Shown piece after piece: positions 1-10,222 of a stretch of DNA of 64,000 nucleotides (position 1 is the stretch's first letter; every line of letters begins with the position of its first letter). Origin of the DNA: an uncultured cyanobacterium (GTDB lineage: Bacteria > Cyanobacteriota > Cyanobacteriia > Phormidesmidales > Phormidesmidaceae); NCBI GenBank assembly GCA_963793265.1, contig CAWBZI010000001.1:960001-1024000 (forward strand). Direction: 5' to 3'. Both the position numbers and the translations under genes were made by a program. The notes under the pieces are model-generated. The model did no database searches, was not told the origin of the DNA, and worked only from the letters and a program-made list of their open reading frames with translations.

Positions 1-735
1 AGGAAGGGTTTTGTGTAGCTCAATAGCTTTGATAGCGGACTGGCCTTCTAGCTGACCGACGAGTACATAACCGATACCGTCTGAGCCTAGTGCCTCTGCA
101 AGTGCTTCAGTCGAATCTTCTGGGATCTGAGTAACTGTATCACCCGTTTTAAACTCAGCAGTCGTGAATACGGGATAGGGCTTGAGAGCCTGACGCGTTT
201 CACTGGTATCAGGGCGGTCAATCATCCGAATAGGGCCAGCGGTTCCACCAACCTCAGACCAATCCTTAATTTCGCCTCGGAAGATTTGGGCGAACTGGCT
301 ACCCGTAATACTTTGAGCGAAGGTATTATCTTCACCCACCACGATAGCAATCTTCTCACGCCGTACAGGAACAGCAATCAGACCTTTAGCTTCTTCCTCT
401 GCTGTTAAAGGACGGCTAATCGCCGCAACGTCGGCACTGTCATTAAGAACATCTTGAAGGGCAGCGTTAGCATCTTTAGTCGCAACCTCAACTTTGCCTG
501 AGTACTGGCTTTCAAATCCATCACCTAGCGCTTTGCTGATCGCGTTCATATTATCAGAGCTACTGCTGACGCGGACAGTCGTACCTTTAGCAACGGATTC
601 AGGGATCGAAAAGCTGGGAGCTTGCGCGACTATTTGCGCTGATGAGGCTTCAACAAAAGAGGCGGCTCTGGCGGGAATAGCACAGGCAAGAAGCGCTGCG
701 ATAGTGAGCGCTGAGGCCGTTTTACGGTTGACCAT
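1..735 (-). CDS. PstS-like periplasmic substrate-binding domain protein (3' end outside window)
   Basis: Manual reverse translation from ATG at 735: signal-like MVNRKTASALTIAALLACAIPA, then ADVAAISRPLT, IAIVVGEDN, IFRGEIKDWSEVGG, typical of phosphate-binding-like PBP domains. Absent from the ORF track because it runs off the edge. Confidence 0.75.
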   Translation of the reverse strand, partial: MVNRKTASALTIAALLACAIPARAASFVEASSAQIVAQAPSFSIPESVAKGTTVRVSSSSDNMNAISKALGDGFESQYSGKVEVATKDANAALQDVLNDSADVAAISRPLTAEEEAKGLIAVPVRREKIAIVVGEDNTFAQSITGSQFAQIFRGEIKDWSEVGGTAGPIRMIDRPDTSETRQALKPYPVFTTAEFKTGDTVTQIPEDSTEALAEALGSDGIGYVLVGQLEGQSAIKAIELHKTLP

Positions 736-1266
736 ATCCAATCTTTACACCTCTGGTAGGCGAGAACAATGTTTTCAAATGCTGCTAGGGCATAGCAACG
801 GACATATAAGCTCTGACGCTACCTAGCAAAATACACTAAGTAAAAACGTAGGTACAGTTATAGAATCTTGAGGATTCTAAGGTTCTTGTCACTAGCACTT
901 TATAAACAATCAATTAACGACTGATTTTGGAGCGCTCAGAGGATATTTGTGCCCCTACACGGTATGTCAGCTTTATCAAACTATTTATTGAATTTATCTT
1001 TTCTTTAACTATAGGGGGTTCTCGTTTTCACTTTTTTGAGGTAGAAAATGCGGCTATTCTACGGAGAAGCACGCTGTATGTAATAGATATACGTGTAGGT
1101 ACGCAGGCTCTATGTATCAACAAATTTGATGGTTTCGATACATTTATCCGCGCGCTATTTTCCCCGGAGCAATAGTGTTCTAAGATGACCAAGGCTTATG
1201 GCAGTCTTATGGATTGGTCTACGAGTAGCTTGAGTTTGGACAGTCGGCTCTAAAGGCGTTTTGCAA

Positions 1267-2160
1267 ATGGTTCCAGATTTTTCGTCATCGCAAAACGGTC
1301 AACCCGCTGATGGGATTGACTTTGATAATTTTATTTTAGAGATTGAGCCCGATCCGACTTCGACGACAGAGGAGGTGGTTCAGACAAAACCTGAAAGCAA
1401 CCCTAATCTACAGGTTCAGTTTAAAAGCGAGCGGGGACGACTGCTTTTGCTGCTGCCACCAGCGCCTGAAAAAAGTCGAAATCCGGTGCATTGGGAAGAG
1501 CTAAGACAGCAGTTAAAACGGCGGCTGAGTGGGGGCGAGCGGTTCTTACAGCCTCATACGCCAGTGCATTTGATTGCGCGTGATCGCCTCTTAGATGCGC
1601 AACAGGTACAGGCTATCGATACGCTGCTCAGCGAGGCTCAACTTCCCTTAAAGCGGATTTATACCAATCGTCGGCAGAGCGCGGTAGCAGCGGCTACTGC
1701 CGGATATTCAGTAGAGCAGCAGACAACCTTGGGCCATCTGGGTCAGGGGCAAGAAGCCTCTCGACAGGCAATGGATGAGCCACTTTATTTGCAAACGACA
1801 CTGAGATCAGGCGTGGAGGTGCGGCATCGAGGCACTGTGATTGTGCTGGGTGATGCCAATCCTGGCAGTTCGATTGTGGCAGAAGGAGACATCTTTATAT
1901 GGGGTAGATTGCGCGGGGTGGTTCATGCTGGAGCCGATGGGAACAGGCAGTGCCGTATCATGGCTCTGCATATGCAGCCGACCCAACTGCGGATTGCTGA
2001 CCAAGTTGCGCGATCGCCTGAAGACCCGCCTGCGCAGTATCAGCCCGAAGTAGCCTATATTGGCCCTGATGGGATTCGGATTGCGATCGCCGCCGAGTTT
2101 GCAGCTGCCGATTTAATGACAACCGAAACCAACCAAGAGAACCCCCACGAGAGCACATGA
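1267..2160 (+). CDS. minC: Septum site-determining protein MinC
   Basis: [42 protein letters not shown] beta-helix; overlaps minD by ATGA. Confidence 0.95.
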   Translation: [297 protein letters not shown]

Positions 2161-2954
2161 GCCGCATTATCGTTATGACCTCCGGTAAGGGAGGCGTTGG
2201 TAAAACTACCTGCACCGCAAATTTAGGAATGGCTCTAGCAAAAGCCGGGCAGCGCGTTGCTGTTGTTGATGCTGACTTTGGGCTGCGTAACTTAGACTTA
2301 TTACTAGGGCTCGAAAATCGCATTGTCTATACCGCGCTAGACGTACTAGCAGGCGAATGTCGATTGGATCAGGCACTCGTCAAAGACAAAAGGCAGCCCA
2401 ATCTAGCGCTGCTACCTGCTGCCCAAAATCGATCAAAAGAATCTATCAAGCCCGAGCAAATGAAGCGGCTGATTAAGGCGCTCACTAAGGTATACAACTT
2501 TATTTTGATCGACAGCCCAGCGGGCATCGAGATGGGATTTCGCAATTCGATTGCAGCGGCCAGAGAAGCCATTATTGTCACCACGCCAGAAATTTCAGCC
2601 GTTAGGGATGCCGATAGAGTTATTGGATTGTTAGAGGCTAATGACATTAAAGCCGTGCGCCTAGTCATCAATCGGCTCAGACCGGCCATGGTTGCTGCTG
2701 AACAAATGATGTCTGTTAAGGACGTTCAGGGGATACTATCTATTCCTCTGCTCGGTGTCATTCCTGATGATGAACAGGTGATAGTTTCGACGAATAAAGG
2801 GGAGCCCTTGGTACTAGAAGAGAAACTATCTCAGGCGGGAATTGCGTTTACAAACGTGTCACAGCGCTTGCAGGGCGAGAAAGTACCGCTTATGGATCTG
2901 AGCATTCCTCAAGAAAGTTTCTTTACCAGACTCAAGCGGCTATTTAGAGGGTAG
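2157..2954 (+). CDS. minD: Septum site-determining ATPase MinD
   Basis: SGKGGVGKTT deviant Walker A, DADFGLRNLD, C-terminal amphipathic FFTRLKRLF. Confidence 0.98.
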   Translation: MSRIIVMTSGKGGVGKTTCTANLGMALAKAGQRVAVVDADFGLRNLDLLLGLENRIVYTALDVLAGECRLDQALVKDKRQPNLALLPAAQNRSKESIKPEQMKRLIKALTKVYNFILIDSPAGIEMGFRNSIAAAREAIIVTTPEISAVRDADRVIGLLEANDIKAVRLVINRLRPAMVAAEQMMSVKDVQGILSIPLLGVIPDDEQVIVSTNKGEPLVLEEKLSQAGIAFTNVSQRLQGEKVPLMDLSIPQESFFTRLKRLFRG

Positions 2955-2987
2955 ACGTAGAATAGCTACATCACGGTGACTAACAAC

Positions 2988-3641
2988 ATGACAATTCCTA
3001 TCATCAGCGATCTTCTCGAAAGACTCTTTGGCCCTAGCGAAGATCCGCACAGCCGTGACGACGTAAAGCGTCGCTTGCAAATTGTGCTCGCCCACGACCG
3101 CCTAGCGCTCGATCCTCAAACATTAGAAATGATGCGGCAGGAAATTATTGCGGTGGTTTCTCGCTATGTAGAAGTTGACTTTGAGTCTCTAGAATTTTCG
3201 CTTGCCACTAACGAACGCGTCACCGCGCTGACGGCAAACCTACCCATTAGACGTATCCGGCCACTCGGTCGGGGGGCGGATGCTCCGATTGGCGCTGATG
3301 ATGAGGTGGAAAAAATTGAGCTAGCTTCTCCAGCAGAAGCCGTTGCCTTAGATGCTAAAGAAACAGAAGCCGCGCTAAGACGGTTTGAAGCAGACTCCCG
3401 CAACAACGACGCACACCCACCCCTAGATATTGACCGCTCAGGACTAGATGAAGCTGATGACCTAGAGGGCTCAGATAGCATAGTAGATGAAGCTGATTCT
3501 GAGCGTTCTAGCAACTTAAACTTTACGGATGACTCAGAAGCCGTTGATTTGCCTGAAGAACCTACACCTGATATCCCTGATATGTCGATTCCTGACGCTT
3601 CGGCTCAGACCTTTGGCTCTCCGCAATCAAAGTCTACATAG
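2988..3641 (+). CDS. minE: Cell division topological specificity factor MinE with long acidic C-terminal extension
   Basis: KRRLQIVLAHDR...RQEIIAVVSRYVE...ANLPIRRI; follows minD. Start could be 2976. Confidence 0.92.
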   Translation: MTIPIISDLLERLFGPSEDPHSRDDVKRRLQIVLAHDRLALDPQTLEMMRQEIIAVVSRYVEVDFESLEFSLATNERVTALTANLPIRRIRPLGRGADAPIGADDEVEKIELASPAEAVALDAKETEAALRRFEADSRNNDAHPPLDIDRSGLDEADDLEGSDSIVDEADSERSSNLNFTDDSEAVDLPEEPTPDIPDMSIPDASAQTFGSPQSKST

Positions 3642-3752
3642 ATTCTCAGAAAATTCTTAGCTTGTTCCTCCGAATACAGCAATCCATCGAATCATCGCGT
3701 ATACTTTCCTTAACGACGTTAAACAAATCTCAACAAAGCGGAAGCACTCGTT

Positions 3753-3956
3753 ATGGAAAATCAAAATCAAGTTGACGCTTCAAGCTCCGGTGCGGCGATA
3801 GAGAGCAAAACTTTGGGCGTGAACCCCAATCGCTATTATCGCCCTGAGCCTCGCTTGGGCTTTACGCCATTTGCAGAGCTATGGAACGGTCGGCTGGCAA
3901 TGGTCGGCATCATTGTAGCGCTGGCCTTCGAGATTATTTCTCACCACGCTTTTTAA
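3753..3956 (+). CDS. hli: High-light inducible protein (HLIP, one-helix CAB family)
   Basis: GFTPFAELWNGRLAMVG chlorophyll-binding motif. Confidence 0.93.
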   Translation: MENQNQVDASSSGAAIESKTLGVNPNRYYRPEPRLGFTPFAELWNGRLAMVGIIVALAFEIISHHAF

Positions 3957-4049
3957 GTGATCGCGCAAATTATGCTGATTACCGTCACGGTTCTTTTTTG
4001 GCCACAGGCTGTAAGGCACGTTTGAAAGCAGATTACATTTTTAGACGTT

Positions 4050-4089
4050 AAAAACCCTACTCGTTCTCTATGAATCAAGTAGGGTTTTT
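4050..4089. terminator. Bidirectional intrinsic terminator between convergent genes
   Basis: AAAAACCCTACT (4050-4061) / AGTAGGGTTTTT (4078-4089) perfect inverted repeat with A/T tails. Confidence 0.75.
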
Positions 4090-4123
4090 GTTTTTGTGTA
4101 TAGCCATGCTCGGGCGATATCGC

Positions 4124-4594
4124 TCAGGCAATGTCGGGTGGAATCGTTTGCGGCTTCATGTTTTGAGTGAGCTGGCTTTGGAACATAGCCTTGAGGTCGT
4201 TTCGTCGAACTTCGATGGCGCGATCACGAGCCTCTGTTTCCAAGAAAATAAGGCTGTCCACTGGGTCAATAGAAGGCAGTTGAAACAAAAGCCGGGCCAC
4301 TGGGATCGGCAACGCCATCAGTCCGGGATTGCTTTTGGCAAGCTTGTCGCCCGCTGCTGCTGCCAATGACGGGTAGGCATAGATGACGCGTTTGGGCTCA
4401 GTGGGATTGTCTTTATGAGCAACGGTGGCCTGGAGCCACTGCTTGCTGACTGATTGGAGAATGTAGTATTCCGAATGCTGAAGCTGTTTGGCAATCGACT
4501 GGATGACCGGCGAAACCGTTTCGATAGCCTGCTTAAGGCCAGCCTCAAGAGGTGCACCCTCGATAAGATCTTGAAGTTGCTGGTCGATGTCCAT
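4124..4594 (-). CDS. Conserved cyanobacterial hypothetical protein
   Basis: MDIDQQLQDLIEGAP...QLQHSEYYILQS...IPPDIA; divergent from hetZ. Confidence 0.75.
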   Translation of the reverse strand: MDIDQQLQDLIEGAPLEAGLKQAIETVSPVIQSIAKQLQHSEYYILQSVSKQWLQATVAHKDNPTEPKRVIYAYPSLAAAAGDKLAKSNPGLMALPIPVARLLFQLPSIDPVDSLIFLETEARDRAIEVRRNDLKAMFQSQLTQNMKPQTIPPDIA

Positions 4595-4786
4595 AGATGG
4601 TTTTGCCGAAAAACAAGGTATTGGAAGTGCAAGGATTGTACCTCTCAACTTTAATACTTCTGTGAATATCGCGTCAGATTGTTTAGAACGCTATCTAATT
4701 TGTCTATTCTCAAGTTGGTGCCTACCTGCTGCTTAACCTGAAAATCATCCTTTCTACTACTCACGGTTCAACCATCAGGGAATTAA

Positions 4787-5902
4787 TTGTTACTAGCTGT
4801 GGATACGCTTTTTGAACGACTGTTTCAAGAACTGAGTCGGGCCACACCAGCCTCAAAACGGAATTGCCGCGAAGTCGCTACTCGGATTGTCGAGGAAGTA
4901 CAGCGCATTTGCGTAGAAAGTCAGCGCATACAGAATTCGGGTGATGTTGATGGCTGGGCAAGCGAGCTGGCAAATCATCGACTAAAGCAGATTCTTCGGT
5001 ACGTAGACTTTGGCTCGACGAAAGGCCGCTTAGAGCTACACAGTAGCCTTAGTGCCATTGTGTATCGATACATGACGCCGCCGCAGGTGCAGTCTAGCTA
5101 TCAGGCCCGCGTCTCGTTAATTGAAGACTTTTTACAAAACTTCTACGTTGAGAGCATCAATGCCTTTCGTCGTGAGAATGAAGTTGCCGCTAGCTATCGG
5201 CCCCGGTCGTCTTTAGAACTAGCCGAGTATATGGCGTTTACGGAGCGCTATGCGAAACGACGCATTCCGCTTTCTAGAGGGCGCAGCCAGCAGCTTATTA
5301 TCTTGCGTACTCAAACGTTCTCAAAGCAGCAGCCGCCCGAGACGGCGATTGATATTCAGCAGGCGATCGAAGGGGGCGATTCGGAACAGCCCAGAGCGGC
5401 CCCATTGCAGCGACTGCGTGAAGAGCTGACCACAGGCGAAGACACAGGCGACTCTGAGAGCACTGTGCGCGAACGAGTGGTGGAGCAGCTTATGGATTAC
5501 TTAGTAGAAAAAGGCCAAAAAGATTGCGCTGACTACTTTAGCCTGCGGCTGATAGATTTGCCGACGCACGAAATCGAATCTATTTTAGGTATTGACCCTC
5601 GGGAGCGAGATTATTTGCAGCAGCGGTTTAAGTACCATCTACTGAAGTTTTCGTTTGCGCATAACTGGGAGCTAGTTCATGAGTGGCTTGGGGCAGAATT
5701 GGGACGGAACCTGGGTTTGACTCCTCAACAGTGGGAATATTTTCAGACGAAAATCAATCAAACTCAGACTAAAATACTCACACTCAAGCAGCAAAACCTC
5801 AGCGATTCAGAAATATCTAAAAACCTCGACCTGACGCCGACTCAGCTGCGAAAGCAATGGTCTAAACTACTAGAGCAGGCTTGGGACATTCGCAATATTT
5901 AG
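4787..5902 (+). CDS. hetZ: HetZ family regulator
   Basis: LIEDFLQNFY, LELAEYMAFTERYAKRRIPL, QQLIILRTQTFSKQQPPET, RERDYLQQRFKYHL motifs recalled from HetZ; followed by a patU-like gene. Start uncertain (4787 TTG or 4799 GTG). Confidence 0.85.
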   Translation: MLLAVDTLFERLFQELSRATPASKRNCREVATRIVEEVQRICVESQRIQNSGDVDGWASELANHRLKQILRYVDFGSTKGRLELHSSLSAIVYRYMTPPQVQSSYQARVSLIEDFLQNFYVESINAFRRENEVAASYRPRSSLELAEYMAFTERYAKRRIPLSRGRSQQLIILRTQTFSKQQPPETAIDIQQAIEGGDSEQPRAAPLQRLREELTTGEDTGDSESTVRERVVEQLMDYLVEKGQKDCADYFSLRLIDLPTHEIESILGIDPRERDYLQQRFKYHLLKFSFAHNWELVHEWLGAELGRNLGLTPQQWEYFQTKINQTQTKILTLKQQNLSDSEISKNLDLTPTQLRKQWSKLLEQAWDIRNI

Positions 5903-6026
5903 GCACGCTATTTGTAAAGTGCGCTTAAAGACGCATATTTGAGAAGCGCTTTTAAGCTTCGTGCGGTATTGCAATCGAGTGTTTATTAGCGAATATCTGG
6001 ATCTATCCGGACTGAGATATTCGTCT

Positions 6027-7205
6027 ATGAAGAATGATGCAGATAACATTCGGAACTCGCTTTTGTGGCTTCTTCACGAGTTTTGCGAAGATAACTTCAA
6101 AAAACTCGACCCGACATTTTCTCCACCATCAGGAAATGGGTCTACATTTGAAGCCAACCTAACAGAAGCGAGTGAGTTCGAAGTCGGGTCTGATGCAACG
6201 TCCATGAAGCCTGCCCAGCCAAAAGGGTCTGAGGAAATACCACCGGTATTGCCCTCTTATCCATCTACATCTGCTAGCGCATCGCTCGTCGGAGCATTGC
6301 GGCCTAGTTTTTCAGCGGCTTCGAGAGGTGTATTGTCTACAGATACATGCTCTCAGACGGCTCAGTCGTTTAACTTCGGAGAAATCCACGCTGTGCAAGA
6401 ACGTTTCCAAGCTTTGATAAAGCAACGTCTCCTTTCGGAGTACGAAAGCAATCCCCCTCTTTTCCCCTGGGAATCAGAAGTCAGCGAGTATCCTGCTGAA
6501 GTGACTGATTATGTGCCAGCGGCGGTGGTTTCACCGCTGTGGAGTGCTCATATGAGCGCGCTGAAGGTACCGGGGTTACTGCCTACTGCCTTGATGAATA
6601 CTTTGTTTGAGCGGTGTCAAGAGATCGCGAGATCGCCCATAAAACAAGGGGTTCGACTGGTCAGAGCCGTTGAGGATTTATTTCCTGAAAGCTCTGATAT
6701 GTTGGAGCCAATTGCCAATATGGTATTGGTGCCTGCCTACCGATCGAGTAGAGATACGCAAGATGCGGTGATTCAAGAACTTGCCAATGCGGCAGGTGGA
6801 TATAGTGCCGCCATGCCTGAACAACAAATAGCACTCTCGATGCTAGCTGCCCAAGAAATTTTAGGTGCCCTGACGTTTTCTTTGAGTGCCGATTGGCCCT
6901 CAGAAAAGCGAAGCTGGGTGACTACGCTGGGCGTGTTAGAAGTCACCGCTAGCTATCAGGGCGATCAGCTCATGGTTTTAGCTGTACTACCAGATGGCGG
7001 ACAGGTAAGGCTGTGTGATGGCGATGTTAAGAAGCAGGCTGTGCGATCGCAACCTGGCGCTCTAGACTTAACCTGGGCTCAGCCGACTCCTGGCAAGACC
7101 TACGTTTTAGAAGTCTCCCTGCGAGACGAAGAGCAGGCGCTAAACTTCGTTATCAACGTGGCTAACACCGCTAGCTCATCTGCTAGTTTGGCCAGTGGCT
7201 TGTAA
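6027..7205 (+). CDS. patU: PatU (PatU3-like) protein
   Basis: GEIHAVQERFQALIKQRL...NPPLFPWESE motif; directly downstream of hetZ. Confidence 0.75.
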   Translation: MKNDADNIRNSLLWLLHEFCEDNFKKLDPTFSPPSGNGSTFEANLTEASEFEVGSDATSMKPAQPKGSEEIPPVLPSYPSTSASASLVGALRPSFSAASRGVLSTDTCSQTAQSFNFGEIHAVQERFQALIKQRLLSEYESNPPLFPWESEVSEYPAEVTDYVPAAVVSPLWSAHMSALKVPGLLPTALMNTLFERCQEIARSPIKQGVRLVRAVEDLFPESSDMLEPIANMVLVPAYRSSRDTQDAVIQELANAAGGYSAAMPEQQIALSMLAAQEILGALTFSLSADWPSEKRSWVTTLGVLEVTASYQGDQLMVLAVLPDGGQVRLCDGDVKKQAVRSQPGALDLTWAQPTPGKTYVLEVSLRDEEQALNFVINVANTASSSASLASGL

Positions 7206-7342
7206 GCGCTGCTAAACCAGCAATAGCAACCAACTGCTCACGCGTCTATAGCTTTTGTTAGGCAACCTGCGAGTGCATCCGCACTTGCCATACATATAGG
7301 CTCTATATCCGGTCTTTGCCATGCGACCGACACTTCATCTTA

Positions 7343-7377
7343 AAGGCTAGCTCTCAACGGAGCTGGCCTTATTTATT
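7343..7377 (+). terminator. Putative intrinsic terminator after patU
   Basis: AAGGCTAGCTC-TCAACG-GAGCTGGCCTT hairpin followed by ATTTATT. Confidence 0.5.
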
Positions 7378-7605
7378 GGGCTGTTGAAATCAGGCCGCCA
7401 AGCTATTTCTTTAGATTGGGTGTGTTGATGAAATCAAAATTGGCACTTGGAAAGTTTTGATTTGCATACTTAACTTAGCAGCGAGTGGTGATTTCTCTGT
7501 AACAGTAGCGATACAATTAACACTTCTCACGCTGCTGAAATAGCCAACAACCTTCCAGAAGGCTCGCGCATTTTTCCAAAATTCTCCTCGTTTTTTTAAC
7601 TTCTT

Positions 7606-8895
7606 ATGGCCTCTCCAACTCTAATTCCTCAAACCCTGCCGACTGTTTCGCCTGAATCTGAAGCTGCACAGATACAGCAGACAGCAGATTTTCAACCAGA
7701 AGCTTTTGATCAGCACGTCATGGCAACGTATGGCCGCTTTCCGATTGCGCTAGAGCGTGGAGAAGGCTGTCGAGTTTGGGATTCTACAGGGCGCGAGTAT
7801 TTGGATTTTGTCGCCGGAATTGCGACCTGCACGCTCGGTCATGCTAATCCGGCAATGGTAGAAGCGGTGACAACGCAAATTAAGAAGCTGCACCACGTTT
7901 CTAATTTGTATTACATTCCTGAGCAGGGCGAACTGGCCCAGTGGTTGACCGAACGCTCATGCGCAGATCGCGTGTTTTTCTGTAATTCAGGTGCAGAGGC
8001 AAACGAAGGGGCGATTAAGCTGGCTCGTAAGTATGGCCACACCGAACTGGGCATAGAAGCGCCGATTATTATTACGGCAAACGCCAGCTTTCATGGGCGT
8101 ACGCTGGCGACGGTGACTGCAACCGGACAGCCTAAGTATCAGAAGAATTTCAACCCGCTGGTACCTGGCTTTCATTACGTGGATTATAACGACGTTGATG
8201 CGCTGCGCGAGGCGATTGAGACGCTAGACGCTGAGCGACGACAGGTTGCGGCGATTATGCTGGAGCCAATGCAGGGTGAAGGCGGCGTGTGCCCAGGGAA
8301 TCCGATTTACTTTAAGCAGGTGCGTAAGCTGTGCGATGAGAAAGGGATTTTGCTGATTTTAGATGAGGTACAGGTAGGGATGGGCCGTACGGGCAATCTT
8401 TGGGGCTATCAGACGGTGGGTGTGGAGCCGGATGTGTTTACCTCGGCTAAGGGATTAGGCGGTGGCGTTCCGATTGGGGCGATTTTGACGAAGCGCCATT
8501 GTGATGTGCTGAGGCCGGGTGAGCATGGCAGTACGTTTGGTGGCAACCCTTTTGTGTGTGGGGTGGCGCTGAAGGTGTGTGAGACGCTGGAGTCTGAGGG
8601 CTTGTTGGCGAATGTGCGATCGCGCGGTAAGCAGCTTAGAGAAGGCTTGAGGGCGATCGCTAAGAAATACCCAACTCTTTGCACAGGCGTACGCGGCTGG
8701 GGATTGATCAACGGCCTGGTGTTGAATGAAGGAACCGTCGCGCTAGATGTGGTGAAGGCGGCTTTAGCAGAAGGACTGCTGGTGATTCCGGCAGGGGCGA
8801 AAGTGGTTCGATTTGTGCCGCCGCTGATTGTGACCGAAGCGGATGTGAATGAGGCTCTGAGGCTAATTGATCAGACGTTGAGCAAGATGGCCTAA
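7606..8895 (+). CDS. argD: Acetylornithine aminotransferase
   Basis: YLDFVAGIA, FFCNSGAEANE, FHGRT, LILDEVQVGMGRTG, SAKGLGGG, HGSTFGGNP. Confidence 0.95.
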   Translation: MASPTLIPQTLPTVSPESEAAQIQQTADFQPEAFDQHVMATYGRFPIALERGEGCRVWDSTGREYLDFVAGIATCTLGHANPAMVEAVTTQIKKLHHVSNLYYIPEQGELAQWLTERSCADRVFFCNSGAEANEGAIKLARKYGHTELGIEAPIIITANASFHGRTLATVTATGQPKYQKNFNPLVPGFHYVDYNDVDALREAIETLDAERRQVAAIMLEPMQGEGGVCPGNPIYFKQVRKLCDEKGILLILDEVQVGMGRTGNLWGYQTVGVEPDVFTSAKGLGGGVPIGAILTKRHCDVLRPGEHGSTFGGNPFVCGVALKVCETLESEGLLANVRSRGKQLREGLRAIAKKYPTLCTGVRGWGLINGLVLNEGTVALDVVKAALAEGLLVIPAGAKVVRFVPPLIVTEADVNEALRLIDQTLSKMA

Positions 8896-8920
8896 AGGTA
8901 GCTATAAGAAGTAAGCGTCC

Positions 8921-8947
8921 AGAGGGCATAGCCTGCTATGCCCCTAC
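8921..8947 (-). repeat. GTAG-type REP-like palindrome between convergent argD and recF
   Basis: Minus strand reads GTAG-GGGCATAGC-AG-GCTATGCCC. Confidence 0.6.
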
Positions 8948-8958
8948 GGGTTTGCGGA

Positions 8959-10140
8959 TTATAAATCAGCGGTGGCAGTGGTCAAAGAGCCGTTGCGGAC
9001 GGTGAGAATCTGGGATTCTTTGAGCCACTGGGAGTCGAAAGAGCCTAAGTGGGTCGTGGTGATGATAGTTTGGAAGCGGTCTTGGATGGTTTCTAGGAGC
9101 TGGTTTTGACGCTTAAGATCGAGTTCGGCTAAGACATCATCGAGCAAAAGCAAAGGCGGCTCGCCAATGACGGCTTCGATCAGTTCTAACTCAGCAAGTT
9201 TGAGCGCGAGAACCAGGGTGCGCTGCTGCCCTTGAGAACCGTATTGCCGGGCGGGCGTTTGGTTAATTGAAAAATCGATGTCGTCGCGGTGAGGCCCAAC
9301 CAGCGAAGTACGCTGATGGTATTCGGCAACAGCACGAGACTGAATTTTGTCTAGAAAAGCCTGTTGGATGGTGAGCGGATCGTCTGTGGTGAGCGGATCT
9401 TCGGTGAGTGGGACGTTGGGCTGATATCGAATAAGAAGCTGTTCGGCGTCGCCGCTGATGGACTGGTGCCAGCCTTGCGCGAGGGGAATGAGCCGGTTGA
9501 GGACGCGCGATCGCCTGCGAATAACACGTGTGCCTGCGGTCGCTAGCTGAGCATCCCAAATGGCGATCTCAGCAGCGCTCGATTCAGTATCTTTTGGCTG
9601 GCGCGCGCTAGCGGTATCTATATCTTCGTCGTCAGTCCGCTGCTTAATAAAGGCGTTGCGCTGTTTGAGCACATGGTTGTACTGCTGCAAAATATAGGCG
9701 TAGACCGGCTCTAGCTGAGTGAGCAGCGTGTCTATCCAAATGCGGCGACCGCCGGGGCCACCGCGCACTAAATCGATATCAAGACTGGAAAACTGGACGG
9801 CGTTGAGATTGCCTAAAAAGTCTTGCTGGCGCTTGAGCGTTTCGCCATTGAGAATAGCCGCGCGGCGACCGCCGTTGCGCAGGACTAAATTGAGTTCGCT
9901 AATGCCGAGATCTTTTTGGAGCTGGGCTTTGATATGGCCGATACTAGCGCCTTCTTTGACCAGATCGCGATCGCGACTCGTTCGATGAGACTTTAGCGTA
10001 GCCAGCAGCTCCACCGCCTCTAACACATTAGATTTACCCTGGGCGTTATCTCCTAGCAGGATAGTTTTTGGCGCAGTAAACGCAACAGACTGGCTGCTGT
10101 AGTTGCGAAAATTTTGGAGGTGAAGATGCTGGAGAAACAT
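8959..10140 (-). CDS. recF: DNA replication/repair protein RecF
   Basis: [43 protein letters not shown]. Confidence 0.97.
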   Translation of the reverse strand: MFLQHLHLQNFRNYSSQSVAFTAPKTILLGDNAQGKSNVLEAVELLATLKSHRTSRDRDLVKEGASIGHIKAQLQKDLGISELNLVLRNGGRRAAILNGETLKRQQDFLGNLNAVQFSSLDIDLVRGGPGGRRIWIDTLLTQLEPVYAYILQQYNHVLKQRNAFIKQRTDDEDIDTASARQPKDTESSAAEIAIWDAQLATAGTRVIRRRSRVLNRLIPLAQGWHQSISGDAEQLLIRYQPNVPLTEDPLTTDDPLTIQQAFLDKIQSRAVAEYHQRTSLVGPHRDDIDFSINQTPARQYGSQGQQRTLVLALKLAELELIEAVIGEPPLLLLDDVLAELDLKRQNQLLETIQDRFQTIITTTHLGSFDSQWLKESQILTVRNGSLTTATADL

Positions 10141-10222
10141 AGTCAACAGTTTAAGCTAGCGCCGCCTTAAACTAAGGCGAAGACGAATCGAGCAATGATT
10201 TTATGACACAGGCGCTATCTGA

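Noticed and set aside
494..1175. ORFs 494-826 and 927-1175
   Set aside because: The first is antisense to the substrate-binding gene; the second lies in AT-rich promoter DNA with no recognisable motif.
6006..6011. TCCGGA (DIF1-like motif) between hetZ and patU
   Set aside because: Only 15 bp before the ATG, too close to be a -35 element; a hexamer is expected by chance.
7206..7605. Possible patX/patS small ORF downstream of hetZ-patU
   Set aside because: I could not find an RGSGR-type peptide ORF here.
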